The translations under genes and the position numbers were made by a program. The notes below the pieces were generated by a model. That model was not told the DNA's origin, made no database searches, and worked only from the letters and a program-made list of their open reading frames with translations. From the NCBI GenBank assembly GCA_965261395.1, contig OZ253462.1:896001-960000 (forward strand): a DNA stretch of 64,000 nucleotides. Direction: 5' to 3'. This DNA is from Candidatus Latescibacterota bacterium. GTDB lineage: Bacteria; Latescibacterota; UBA2968; UBA8231. Positions within the stretch are counted from its first letter, which is position 1. Every line of letters begins with the position of its first letter. This document shows, one piece after another, positions 43,394-53,256 of this stretch.

Positions 43394-44179
43394 CTAGGCC
43401 GATGCCCCTGAATAGTGCCGCACCCCCCACAGCCAAAACGCCCGCGCCCCCACTAGCATGCCCCCCGCCATTGCCAACGCGCCCCACAACACCTCCGGCG
43501 ACAACCGCCCCACCAAAGCCTCCGACGGCACAGTCACCGCAAAGGCCACCGGTACCAGAAAAGTCATCGCCAGCTTGAGCCAGCGCGGATAGATGGCCAC
43601 CGGATACTTGCCAGCATTGTAAACGGCTTGGAAGATCACTAGGATGTTTTCTGCTCTGATAAACCAGAATGTAGTTGTTGCTAGCACCAGCCAAAAACTG
43701 TAGACGATTGCCGCGCCAGCCGCAAGCGTCAGGGCAAATCCCGCCGCGTGTGCAAGGCTCGTCTGCATCCCGATTTCGACTAGGGCTACTGCAATCAGTG
43801 CCGTCCCCTGCACTACGTCCAAAAACTTCCAAATCCGCACCTCGCCGACGCTCACTAGCACTTGTGAGTCCTCCGGCTTAGTGAGGGTAAAGTCCAGCGT
43901 TCCTAGGCGCACGTCCTCCATAAAGCGCTGCATCGACGGCTGGATCAGCGCGCCAATCAGGCCGCTCATCAGGAAGAACACCCCCAAGAGAGCCACCAGT
44001 TCGGCCGGTTGCCAGCCGCCCAGTTCCTCGGTATGCGAGAAAATCACCGCCAAACCCGCCAGCGCGACTCCTAGATTGAGCAAGCTCTGCAGGAGCTGCA
44101 CCCAGAAATTGGCTCGGTACGCCAGTTCGTTCATTGCGCCGATGCGCAGAAAGATCCACAGTAGCCGTAAATAGTTCAT
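43394..44179 (-). CDS. ABC-2 family exporter permease (DUF990-like)
   Basis: ATG 44179; LAYRANFW, GTLDFTLTKP, YPVAIYP, YSGASA. Confidence 0.85.
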   Translation of the reverse strand: MNYLRLLWIFLRIGAMNELAYRANFWVQLLQSLLNLGVALAGLAVIFSHTEELGGWQPAELVALLGVFFLMSGLIGALIQPSMQRFMEDVRLGTLDFTLTKPEDSQVLVSVGEVRIWKFLDVVQGTALIAVALVEIGMQTSLAHAAGFALTLAAGAAIVYSFWLVLATTTFWFIRAENILVIFQAVYNAGKYPVAIYPRWLKLAMTFLVPVAFAVTVPSEALVGRLSPEVLWGALAMAGGMLVGARAFWLWGVRHYSGASA

Positions 44180-44979
44180 GAGCCGACCGCCGAGTATCTG
44201 CGCACGCCGCGCGACCAGACCGCGGTCAGAATCCCCCAGCTCAGCCCCAGCCACACCACCTGGGTCGCCGCGCCCCAGAGCACTTCGGTGGGCGTGAGTC
44301 GGCCGAGCAGCAGTTCGGTGGGAAAGGCCAGCATCCAGCGGAAGGGCAAAAGCGCGGCCAGCGTCTGGAGCCACTCGGGCAAAAGCGACAGCGGTGCCAT
44401 CTGGCCCGAAAAGAAAAGCGCGGCCGCGAAGTAGAGTTGGTTGGCCGCGGCCGTGCGCGTGGTCCACAGAGCCACTAAAGCCAGTGCCCACTCGACGAAA
44501 AAGCGCATCAGGAAAGCCAGCAGGATGACAGGTATCGAGGCCCAAATTGCCCAAGCCGGCGGGTCGAAGACGGGATCGAAGAGCCAGATCATTAGACCCA
44601 CCGTCGGCAGCATTACCGCCAGGGTCAGAAACTTGTAGGAGATATTCGTGGCGATGTCGCGGTGGATCGGGTGCAGCGGCTGGAGCAGGAGCGGCGAAAA
44701 GCCCCCCGACCGCACCCGATATTCAAATTCGAACATGAACCAAGTAAACGTCAGGTGGCCCACCATCATCATGACGATGTAGTAGGCGGCAAAGTCCCCG
44801 GTAGAGAAGTCGCCCACCTGCCCGCCCTGCGAGTGGGCCACCGCCGTCCACACCGAAAGGAAGACCAGCGCGTCGACGACGCGCCCGATCAGCCAGATTG
44901 CCATTGCCGCCCGGTACTGGAACTGCACGGCCAAATCGGTGCGGAAGAGCGTGGTGTAGATGTCGGCTAGCCCCCTCAT
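44176..44979 (-). CDS. ABC-2 family exporter permease
   Basis: QYRA, LLQPLHP, FSGQMAPLSLLP, YSAVGS. Confidence 0.85.
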   Translation of the reverse strand: MRGLADIYTTLFRTDLAVQFQYRAAMAIWLIGRVVDALVFLSVWTAVAHSQGGQVGDFSTGDFAAYYIVMMMVGHLTFTWFMFEFEYRVRSGGFSPLLLQPLHPIHRDIATNISYKFLTLAVMLPTVGLMIWLFDPVFDPPAWAIWASIPVILLAFLMRFFVEWALALVALWTTRTAAANQLYFAAALFFSGQMAPLSLLPEWLQTLAALLPFRWMLAFPTELLLGRLTPTEVLWGAATQVVWLGLSWGILTAVWSRGVRRYSAVGS

Positions 44980-45968
44980 GCGCGTTCAAAAACTTCTTCG
45001 ATCACGTCCTCAATTGGCGGATCTTCCACCGTCAGATCGAGAACGGGTTGCTCTCTGAGGAGCCGTCCGGTCACCTGCGCCGTCTCCGCCTTGGGCACTC
45101 GCAGCGATACGCGCCCCTCGCTACTGGCGACTATTTCTCCATAGCCGCCGAGGTCTCCGTGCCCATTTTCCAGTTCGACGATGATCGTCTTGTGCGGTGA
45201 GAAGCGCTGCACTAGCTCGGTGAGCTGGCCGTCAAAGAGCAGCAGGCCGCGGTGGATGACCACCACCCGTTTACACAGCGCCTCGACATCGGCCATGTAG
45301 TGACTAGTGAGGAGCACGGTGGCACCGTAGCGCTGATTGTATTCGCTTAAAAAGGCGCGGATCCGCCGCTGCATGGTCACGTCGAGGCCGATGGTCGGCT
45401 CATCGAGGAAGAGGACTTGCGGCTTGTGCAAAAGCGCGACGGCAACTTCGCACTTCATGCGCTCGCCCAAGGAGAGGTTGCGCACGGGCTTGTCGAGGAG
45501 CTCACCTAGGTCGAGGAGCGCGGTCAGTTCGTCGACTGTTTGCTGGTACGCGCTCCGGTCTAGACGGTAGATAGCCCGGTTGCGTTCAAAGGAGTCGATT
45601 ACCGGAATGTCCCACAGTAGCTGGTTGCGATTGCCCATCACCAAGGTGATCTGGCGGAGGAAATCGCGCTGCCTTTTGAACGGCTCAAAACCGAGGACTC
45701 GCCCTTGTCCGCCGGAGGGGTACAGGAGGCCCGAAAGCATCTTGAGGCTGGTGGTCTTGCCCGCGCCATTTGGCCCCAAGAAGCCGACGATTTCGCCGGG
45801 GGCGACCTCAAAGCTGATCTGCTTAACCGCCTCGACTTGGCGCGTCTGGCGCTGCACTAGGCTCTTGAGCGCCGCGGCCAAGCCGCCCTCGCGCACGGGG
45901 ACCGCATAGGTCTTGCTCAATTCGCGGACATCAATGGCGGGCACTGCCAAGGGCTTTGCGCCTCCCAC
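44976..45968 (-). CDS. ABC transporter ATP-binding protein
   Basis: GPNGAGKTT, LSLGERM, FLDEPTIGLD, TSH. Confidence 0.93.
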   Translation of the reverse strand: MGGAKPLAVPAIDVRELSKTYAVPVREGGLAAALKSLVQRQTRQVEAVKQISFEVAPGEIVGFLGPNGAGKTTSLKMLSGLLYPSGGQGRVLGFEPFKRQRDFLRQITLVMGNRNQLLWDIPVIDSFERNRAIYRLDRSAYQQTVDELTALLDLGELLDKPVRNLSLGERMKCEVAVALLHKPQVLFLDEPTIGLDVTMQRRIRAFLSEYNQRYGATVLLTSHYMADVEALCKRVVVIHRGLLLFDGQLTELVQRFSPHKTIIVELENGHGDLGGYGEIVASSEGRVSLRVPKAETAQVTGRLLREQPVLDLTVEDPPIEDVIEEVFERA

Positions 45969-46056
45969 GGGTTAGGGGTAAAGGGCGAATATAACCGAAA
46001 GGATTAACAGGGAAAATAAGCTATCGGCGCGTCTCCACTGCCGAAGGTGCCCGATC

Positions 46057-46668
46057 CTAGGCGAGGGGTCGGCCGCAGAGCCGAGTGCGCATGGAATCGA
46101 GGGGAAAGGCTGGGCCGGGATCGACCTTGCGCGAGGGAGCGATTTCCTCGTGGCCGAGAATGTGCTGGATGTCGTAGCGTTGGATCAGCGCAGCGCAAAT
46201 CGCCTCGACGACCGCTAGCTGTTCGCTTGGGTAGCGGTGCCAGTAGGAGGCCTCCGACTGGTTGCGATGGACGCCGTGCACCACTTCCTCGGGCGGATAT
46301 AGCTGCCCAAACCAAGACTCGTAGCCGCCATCTCGCTCGCAAAGCTGGCCGGCGTTATCGATCTCGATGCCGATTGCATATTTGTTAAACCCCGAGCGCG
46401 TCCCCCACTGGCTCACGCCAGCATGCCAGCCGATGATGTCGAAGGGCAACAACTGCGTCACCGCGCCGTCGCGAGCCACCACTAGATGGGCCGAGACCTT
46501 GTTTTCGCGCTGGTCGTCGCAGAGGGTGTGGATGGCCGATTCGGCGTTGGCACCGGCCGTATAGTGAATGACGATGGTGTCCGGCAGCCCTAGGGCAAAT
46601 GGGTCGCCTTGGTTGGGCGATTCGATGTAGTTGACGCCTTTGAAGCGGTGGTTAAGGTCTATTTCCAT
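46057..46668 (-). CDS. N-acetylmuramoyl-L-alanine amidase (Amidase_2, AmpD-like)
   Basis: IVIHYTA, VSAH, WHAG, GIEIDN, GHEEIAPSRKVDPG. Confidence 0.92.
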   Translation of the reverse strand: MEIDLNHRFKGVNYIESPNQGDPFALGLPDTIVIHYTAGANAESAIHTLCDDQRENKVSAHLVVARDGAVTQLLPFDIIGWHAGVSQWGTRSGFNKYAIGIEIDNAGQLCERDGGYESWFGQLYPPEEVVHGVHRNQSEASYWHRYPSEQLAVVEAICAALIQRYDIQHILGHEEIAPSRKVDPGPAFPLDSMRTRLCGRPLA

Positions 46669-46815
46669 AGTATTTTCAGTAGATGCGTTTTCTACACAAT
46701 AGACGCGGAGGGCCGCAGTCGATAGGTGCTATTTCGTTGTAGAGCCACGATTAAGATATATTATACGAAATGCGAAAACGCGTCGAGCATCACCTCCCTT
46801 TAGGGTTGACTGCCC

Positions 46816-47856
46816 ATGACAACTGACGAATATGCCGCTGATCTCGCGTGGCAGCGCGCGATCCTGCAAGAGGTATCGCGCACGTTCGCGCTCACCATTC
46901 CGCAGCTTCCGTCGGGCCTGCGCGATGTCGTCGGCAACGCGTATCTGCTGTGCCGCATCGCGGACACCATCGAGGATGAGCCGACTCTCTCGGCCGACGG
47001 GAAGCGCGAATTTTCCGAGCGATTCATCCGGGTCGTCGCGGGTGAGGAGCCGCCCGCCCCATTCGCCGAGCAACTCGCGCCGCGCCTGTCCGACAGCATG
47101 CTACTCGCCGAACGCCAGCTCGTGGCCAACACCCCTCGGGTGCTGCGGATCACGCAAGGGTTTTCCGACCGGCAGCGCGCCGTACTCGTGCGCTGTGTGC
47201 GGATCATGTCGCATGGCATGGCCGAGTTTCAGCAAAGCCCGGGCCTCAAAGGCCTAGACGACCTCCCCCATCTCGACCGCTACTGCTACCATGTCGCCGG
47301 CGTCGTCGGCGAGATGCTCACCGAGTTGTTTTGCGATTACTCGACGGAAATCGACCGCCATCGCAAGAAGTTGTTGCAGCTTGCGGTGTCGTTCGGCCAA
47401 GGCTTGCAGATGACCAATATCCTCAAGGACATCTGGGATGATCGGGCGCGCGGCGCGTGTTGGCTGCCGCGCGACGTGTTCCAGCAATCCGGGTTTGATC
47501 TGCACTCGCTAGAGGCTGGCCAGACGAATCCCGCGTTCCACCCGGCGCTGAGCAAGTTGGTCGGCGTGGCCCGGATGCACCTCGGCAATGCGCTGGCGTT
47601 CACCTTGCTCATCCCCGGGCGCGAAACCGGCATTCGCCGGTTCTGCCTTTGGGCCTTGGGCATGGCCGTACTGACATTGCGCCGCATCCACGCCCACGCG
47701 GATTTTACCAGTGGGCAGCAGGTCAAAATTTCGCGGCGCAGCGTGTGGGCAACCGTGATCGTGACCAGCCTTGCGGCGCGCAGCGACGTTGTGCTCAAAG
47801 CGCTGTTTGCGCGGTTTACGCGCAAGCTGCCCTCGCATGTCGAGGTATCGGCTTGA
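46816..47856 (+). CDS. Squalene synthase (farnesyl-diphosphate farnesyltransferase), eukaryote-like type
   Basis: VSRTFA, DTIED, YCYHVAGVVG, LQMTNILKD, VKISR. Confidence 0.82.
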   Translation: MTTDEYAADLAWQRAILQEVSRTFALTIPQLPSGLRDVVGNAYLLCRIADTIEDEPTLSADGKREFSERFIRVVAGEEPPAPFAEQLAPRLSDSMLLAERQLVANTPRVLRITQGFSDRQRAVLVRCVRIMSHGMAEFQQSPGLKGLDDLPHLDRYCYHVAGVVGEMLTELFCDYSTEIDRHRKKLLQLAVSFGQGLQMTNILKDIWDDRARGACWLPRDVFQQSGFDLHSLEAGQTNPAFHPALSKLVGVARMHLGNALAFTLLIPGRETGIRRFCLWALGMAVLTLRRIHAHADFTSGQQVKISRRSVWATVIVTSLAARSDVVLKALFARFTRKLPSHVEVSA

Positions 47857-47930
47857 AGTTGGGCGCATAGCAGACTTCAGTGCTGTTTTTTATCTTCTAG
47901 CCTTCATCAAATTCTCGGAGAAATTTCACC

Positions 47931-49151
47931 ATGCAGTTTGATCTTGTACTCAAGGGCGGACACCTGATTGACCCCCAAAACGGCATTGATGCGCCCAAGG
48001 ACATTGGAATCCAGGGGAAGGTGATCGCGGCCGTAGATGCGGATTTGCCAACGGAGGGTGCCGGGCAGGTCATCGACGTGAGCGGACTCTACGTGACGCC
48101 GGGGCTAGTGGACATCCACATCCACGCCTATGCCACGGCCGGTCACCGCAATACGTGGGCTGGCGACAACAGCATCCTGCCCGACGGCTTTAGTTTCCGC
48201 ACCGGGGTGACGACGCTGGTGGATACCGGGAGCGCGGGCTGGCGCAACTTTGCGGACTTTCGCTATCGGGTAATCGACCGCTGCCAGACGCGGCTCTTCG
48301 CGCTGGTCAACATCGCCGGCACCGGAATGACCTCTATCGACCACGAGCAGAATCCGTACGACATGGATCCCGACAAGACGGCGGGCGTGGCGCGAGAAAA
48401 CGAGGACGTAGTCGTCGGCATCAAAACGGCGCACTACATAGGCCCCGAATGGATTTCGGTCGATCGCACGCTCGCGGCCGCCGAGCAGGCCGCGACGCGG
48501 GTGATGATCGACTTTGGCTACTTCAGAAAGGAGCGGCCCTACTACCAGCTCTTGGGCGAAAAACTGCGCCCGGGCGACATAAGCACCCACATCTTCCGCG
48601 GGCCGACGCCGTGGTTTGACGCGGAGGGCAAGGTGTTGCCCTACCTGCACGAGGCGCGGGCGAGGGGCGTCATCTTGGACGTGGGGCACGGTGGCGGCAG
48701 TTTCTGTTTCCGCAACGCGGTCCCAGCCATCGCCCAAGGTTTCTATCCAGATTCAATCTCGACCGATCTACACGCCCTCTGCATGAATATGGGTATGCTC
48801 GACATGGCGACGACCATGTCGAAATTTCTGGTGATGGGCATGCCGCTCGGCGAAATCATCCGCGCCTCAACCATCAACCCGGCGCGGGAGATTGGCCACC
48901 CCGAGTTGGGGCACCTGTCGGTGGGTGCTGTGGCCGATGTGGCGGTTTTGCAGCAGATGGAGGGAAATTTTGGCTTCGCCGATTCTTTTGACGGCCGGTT
49001 AGACGGCCACCAGCGGCTGTTTTGCGAGCTGACGGTCAAGGATGGCGAAGTGGTCTGGGACTGGAATGGCCGCGTGGGGATTGCCTACCCTGAACTCGGC
49101 GAAAGCTATGGGATCCGCGAGGGCGAGTACCTGGTACTGCCACCGGAGTAA
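47931..49151 (+). CDS. Amidohydrolase (dihydroorotase-like/deacetylase subgroup)
   Basis: PGLVDIHIH, GVTTLVDTGSAG, DVGHGGGSF, ISTDLH. Confidence 0.85.
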   Translation: MQFDLVLKGGHLIDPQNGIDAPKDIGIQGKVIAAVDADLPTEGAGQVIDVSGLYVTPGLVDIHIHAYATAGHRNTWAGDNSILPDGFSFRTGVTTLVDTGSAGWRNFADFRYRVIDRCQTRLFALVNIAGTGMTSIDHEQNPYDMDPDKTAGVARENEDVVVGIKTAHYIGPEWISVDRTLAAAEQAATRVMIDFGYFRKERPYYQLLGEKLRPGDISTHIFRGPTPWFDAEGKVLPYLHEARARGVILDVGHGGGSFCFRNAVPAIAQGFYPDSISTDLHALCMNMGMLDMATTMSKFLVMGMPLGEIIRASTINPAREIGHPELGHLSVGAVADVAVLQQMEGNFGFADSFDGRLDGHQRLFCELTVKDGEVVWDWNGRVGIAYPELGESYGIREGEYLVLPPE

Positions 49152-49157
49152 GCACCT

Positions 49158-49970
49158 GTGAGCACTGCTGCCGAACGCGATTACTTGTTGGGGACCGACG
49201 AGGAGGAACTGCGCCGCCTGCAAGCGCAGCACGACACGTGGCGCCCCGAGACCGCAGACTTGTGGGAGCGTGCCGATTTCAGTGTCGGGCAGGCGATTCT
49301 CGATCTAGGTTGCGGACCGGGTTTTACCAGCTTGGAACTGGCCGAGCGCGTGGGAGCAGAGGGGCGCGTTTTGGCGGTTGATGGGTCGCCGAAGTTTGCG
49401 GATTTTCTCCGGCACCGCGCCGGGTCAGCCGGCTTGCAGCAAGTCGAGGTCGCCGTAGCGGATGTCCGCACCCTCGACCTGCCGGCCGCTTCTATGGACG
49501 CTGCGTTTGCCCGCTGGTTGTTCTGCTTCATAGAGGAGCCGCAAGGGGTGATAGAGCGGGTGGCGCGAGTGTTGAGAACGGGCGGTCGCTTAGTGGTTGT
49601 GGATTACTGCGCTTATGGGGCGTTTGTCGCCCGGATTGAGCATCCCCACTTGCGGCGCGTGTTGCGGGCGGTCCATGAGAGTTTTGAAGAGAGGTTGGAT
49701 ATCGGCGGGAAGCTGCCGGAGCTAATGGCGCGGTGCGGTTTGGAGGCCGTGGAGGTCGTCCCCATCGACGGTATTGCCCGCCCCGGCGACCGCATCTGGC
49801 GCTGGATAGAGCAGTTCCTGCGCGTGTATCTGCCCGAGCTTGTGGTGCGCGGCGCATTGCGCGAGGAAGAGTGCGCCGCGCACTGGGAAGAGTGGCAGGC
49901 AAACGCCCGCGATCCGCACGCTAGCATTGCATCGCCGCCCATGGTTGGCGCGATTGGCATCAAGGTCTGA
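49158..49970 (+). CDS. Class I SAM-dependent methyltransferase
   Basis: YLLG..EELRRL, LDLGCGPG, LRTGG. Confidence 0.85.
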   Translation: MSTAAERDYLLGTDEEELRRLQAQHDTWRPETADLWERADFSVGQAILDLGCGPGFTSLELAERVGAEGRVLAVDGSPKFADFLRHRAGSAGLQQVEVAVADVRTLDLPAASMDAAFARWLFCFIEEPQGVIERVARVLRTGGRLVVVDYCAYGAFVARIEHPHLRRVLRAVHESFEERLDIGGKLPELMARCGLEAVEVVPIDGIARPGDRIWRWIEQFLRVYLPELVVRGALREEECAAHWEEWQANARDPHASIASPPMVGAIGIKV

Positions 49971-50007
49971 GGGCCGCCGGCCGGCCGTATATAAAGGAAA
50001 ACATCCG

Positions 50008-50445
50008 GTGAAAATCGTCTCTGCGCTTCTGCTCCTTGTCGTCGGATGCGGGCAAGAGCACACCGGCGATCCCATCGTCGTGCGCGACGCTTGGATCCGG
50101 GAGCCGCCCCCGCGCAGCCCGGCCGCCGGTTACTTAGTCGTTGAAAATCGGGGCGGCGAATCCGTCGAGTTGGTCGCTGTGGCAACCGAGGCTGCCGAGC
50201 AAACCGAGATACATGTAATGGAATACAAAAACGACCGGATGACGATGCGCCGAGTCGAAGGGCTACAGGTCCCAGCGGGCGGAGAGGTTGCGCTGAAGCC
50301 GGGCGGTGCCCACTTGATGCTAATGGAGCTACGTCAGCCGCTGCGGGACGGCGATGAGGTGGAGCTGGTGCTGCGCTTTGACGATGGAACGGAAAGGCGC
50401 ACTCAGGTGCCGGTGCGGAAGAAAGGTCTTTATGAGAGCGAGTGA
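50008..50445 (+). CDS. Copper chaperone PCu(A)C lipoprotein
   Basis: GTG 50008, lipobox VVGC, DAWIR, EIH..M, LKPGGAHLMLM. Confidence 0.9.
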   Translation: MKIVSALLLLVVGCGQEHTGDPIVVRDAWIREPPPRSPAAGYLVVENRGGESVELVAVATEAAEQTEIHVMEYKNDRMTMRRVEGLQVPAGGEVALKPGGAHLMLMELRQPLRDGDEVELVLRFDDGTERRTQVPVRKKGLYESE

Positions 50446-51058
50446 CACGCTGGTTTTTTGCGCGGTTTTTGCACTGCTCGGAGCCTGCGGCGCTCAGCCG
50501 GAGGCCCAAAAGGCCCCGGTGGCCGAAACCCCCACCCCCGTGGAGGTCCCCTCCTTGCGGGATTTCGGCGGCATTGGCGGCGACTTTGCGCTCGAGGACC
50601 AGCACGGTGCGCCCTTTGAGTTGCAAGGTTTGCGCGGCCAAGCCGCTATGCTCTTCTTCGGCTACACCTATTGCCCCGACATCTGCCCAGTGACCCTGTC
50701 GAAGATGGGCCGCGTCTATCAGCTCTTAGACGAGCGCCAGCAAGAGCTGACGACCCTCTTTGTCACCGTTGACCCCAAGCGCGATACGCAGGAGAAGCTG
50801 GCGGAATACCTCGACTACTTCGCCATTGATGCGATTGGCCTGCGCGGCGACAAGGAGGAAATCGACCAGGTTGTGCGTCAGTATGGCGGCCACTATAGCC
50901 TCGGAGAGGAGCAGGCCTCCTACTTAGTCGATCACTCGACCTATACCTACCTGATTGATCAGCAGGGCAAGGTGCGGTTCCTCTTCCGCCAGAGCGATGG
51001 CCCAGAGCTGATGGCAGCGGTGACCGAGCAACTCTTCGCCGAGGTAGAAAAGCCATGA
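50432..51058 (+). CDS. SCO1/SenC family lipoprotein
   Basis: ATG 50432, lipobox LGAC, FGYTYCPDICP (CxxxC), VDPKRD, VDHS. Confidence 0.93.
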   Translation: MRASDTLVFCAVFALLGACGAQPEAQKAPVAETPTPVEVPSLRDFGGIGGDFALEDQHGAPFELQGLRGQAAMLFFGYTYCPDICPVTLSKMGRVYQLLDERQQELTTLFVTVDPKRDTQEKLAEYLDYFAIDAIGLRGDKEEIDQVVRQYGGHYSLGEEQASYLVDHSTYTYLIDQQGKVRFLFRQSDGPELMAAVTEQLFAEVEKP

Positions 51059-51207
51059 AAAACGTCTTATATAACGTCTTATACAAAACAACCAAGGTCG
51101 TCCACGCGCTGTTTTGGTTTCCGTTGAGTCCGATCATCGGCCCGGATTTTCCGCAGTGCTTTCTGTTTAAGGGCCGGCAAAAGAAGCCGACTCAGACCGA
51201 TCAGTAG
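51055..51207 (+). CDS. Putative 50-aa small protein (absent from the ORF track)
   Basis: ATGA overlap with the SCO stop, GAGG upstream; MKNVLYNVLYKTTKVVHALFWFPLSPIIGPDFPQCFLFKGRQKKPTQTDQ. Confidence 0.45.
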   Translation: MKNVLYNVLYKTTKVVHALFWFPLSPIIGPDFPQCFLFKGRQKKPTQTDQ

Positions 51208-51257
51208 CCGACGTTTTAATTCCATCCGAACAACATCTCCAAGGATCCATAGCAACC

Positions 51258-52673
51258 ATGCAGCGACCGAATATCCTCATACTCTACACAGATCAGCAGC
51301 GCTGGGACGCCCTCGGTGCCAACGGCAACTCCGAGATCCGCACGCCGCACTTGGACCGGCTCGCTGCTGCCGGAGTAAATTTCGATCACTGCTTTGTGCA
51401 GAATCCGGTCTGCATGCCCAGCCGCGTGAGCTTTCTCACTGGGCAGTATCCATCCACGCTGGGGCTTTCGCACATGGGCGTGCCCGTGCCCGCGGATGCG
51501 CCGACCTTGCCGCGCCTGCTGCGCAACTACGGCTATTGCAGCGGCCAGATAGGCAAGCTGCACTTCCTGCCGCACGCCAACCGCGACCATCGCCAGCCCC
51601 ATCCCGACTACGGGTTCGATCACTTGGAAATCTCGGACGAGCCGGGTTCCTACCACGATGCCTACCGCGCTTGGGTGGCGGCGCAGGCCCCCGAGCAACT
51701 CGACCACATCAGCCTCGGCGAGGCACCCAGTTCAATCGAGTGGAAGCGGATTATGAACGTCCGCGACGGGATCGCGCATCCAGAAGAGCGCTTTGTCAAG
51801 CGCGCCTTGGCCAGCCGCTGCCGCAGCGAGCTGACCCACACGGCGTTCGTTGCCGAGCAGACCATGGAGTTTTTAACGCGCCACAGGGATGGCCCTTTCC
51901 TCTGCATCGCCGGCTTTTATTCGCCGCACGATCCGTGGGTAGCTCCCCAGGAATTCCTCGATCGCTACGATCCAGCTGCTCTGACGTTGCCGTCCTTCCC
52001 ACCGTCCCTCGCCGCTCGCCGAGGCCCACAGCACTTTTCCGACGACGAATTGCGCTCCGCCCGCCACGGCTATTACGCCATGGTATCCGAGGTCGATCAC
52101 CACGTCGGCCGCATCCTCGACCGGCTCGACGCTCTCGGCATTGCGGACAATACCATCGTCGTCTTCACGTCCGACCACGGCGAATGGCTCGGCGAACATC
52201 TGCGCTACGGCAAGGGCTACCCCGGGCACGATGCGGTCACGCGCGTCCCCTTGCTGATGCGCTGGCCCGCCGGAGCAAGGGACGGTGGGCATTGCTCCCG
52301 CATCGTCGAGGCGTTAGACGTGGTGCCGACGCTGCTGGAAGCCGCCGCAATTCAGCGGCCGGCTGCATTGCAAGGCAGCTCCCTGCTGGCCGACTTACGC
52401 GGCGAGGAGAGCGACGGTCGTGGCTCCGCCATCACGGAAATGACGCCGACCAAACCGCAATCCAACTGGAAGACGCTGCGCGTGGAGGGGTTGCGCTATG
52501 TAGTGGACGCGAGCGGAGCGGAGGCACTCTTCGACTTAGAGCGCGACCCGCTGGCCTACGAGGACGTGGCGGGCGAAAGCGCGTACGCCACTCAACTGCA
52601 AGCGGTCCGCAAGCGGTTGCTAGAGAGGCTGCTAGCGCGCGAGCGGCCGCTGCCGCGACAGTGGACGTACTGA
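51258..52673 (+). CDS. Sulfatase (Cys type)
   Basis: YTDQQR, CMPSR, GKLH, FTSDHG. Confidence 0.93.
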   Translation: MQRPNILILYTDQQRWDALGANGNSEIRTPHLDRLAAAGVNFDHCFVQNPVCMPSRVSFLTGQYPSTLGLSHMGVPVPADAPTLPRLLRNYGYCSGQIGKLHFLPHANRDHRQPHPDYGFDHLEISDEPGSYHDAYRAWVAAQAPEQLDHISLGEAPSSIEWKRIMNVRDGIAHPEERFVKRALASRCRSELTHTAFVAEQTMEFLTRHRDGPFLCIAGFYSPHDPWVAPQEFLDRYDPAALTLPSFPPSLAARRGPQHFSDDELRSARHGYYAMVSEVDHHVGRILDRLDALGIADNTIVVFTSDHGEWLGEHLRYGKGYPGHDAVTRVPLLMRWPAGARDGGHCSRIVEALDVVPTLLEAAAIQRPAALQGSSLLADLRGEESDGRGSAITEMTPTKPQSNWKTLRVEGLRYVVDASGAEALFDLERDPLAYEDVAGESAYATQLQAVRKRLLERLLARERPLPRQWTY

Positions 52674-53075
52674 GCTTGGTCTTGCTGCGAGATTCGGCGT
52701 GAGAGATGAGGATGTGGTGGTGGACTTTATTGGCAAAAAAAGAAGGCAGCAAACGGCTTTCGGCCAACGGTCTTTTCTATCTTTTCTGAACCCGCATGTT
52801 GCCTAGCCCCCGCGCTGGACAGGCCACGACGCGGGCCGAGTCCCGCAACACCAAGTCCAGAAACTCTTTCCTCCATGCGAGATCTTAGGTCTTGAGGACA
52901 ATGTCACCTTTTGACGTAACTATAGACGGGTTTCCATCTTTGGAACATCATCGTAGTGCTAATGGGTAGCCGGGAGCATCCGGTTTGCAAGAGTATCAGG
53001 TTCTCAACATCTATAATATCCAGCTTTTAGTGTGTGGGAGCTAGCGCAAAGGGTGCGAGTAGCGACACAACCCTC

Positions 53076-53104
53076 TTGACTCGGATATATGTCACTCGTA
53101 GGCT
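53076..53104 (+). promoter_or_regulatory. Candidate sigma70 promoter for the HD operon
   Basis: TTGACT-17 nt-TAGGCT, overlapped by a TGAC-N10-GTCA dyad. Confidence 0.35.
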
Positions 53105-53256
53105 TTTTATCGCAATGTAGCTCTTTGACAAGATAATAAGTTGCTAGTTCCAGTACTGAAACGTTTTTGCCCATCACCCGTCGATGTGTATCCTGTGCTG
53201 GGTAAAACCTGTTAGGTGGGTGGCCCGACTGATTTTTCCATAAGGAATAAAATTCC

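Noticed and set aside
43394-44554. N-terminal extensions in the ORF track (also sucD, mnmE, SBP, PCuAC, SCO, cfa, HsdR-N)
   Set aside because: Extensions overlap neighbouring genes; downstream starts fit SD sites and family N-termini better
49613-50641. 342-aa minus-strand ORF
   Set aside because: Pro/Arg/Ala-rich shadow antisense to three well-supported genes
51536-52702. 388-aa Arg-rich ORF in an alternative frame of the sulfatase
   Set aside because: Typical high-GC off-frame ORF with no motifs
52674-53256. Long intergenic region examined for ncRNA, riboswitch, CRISPR or pseudogene
   Set aside because: No repeat array, recognisable RNA motif or identifiable protein remnant; only a candidate promoter
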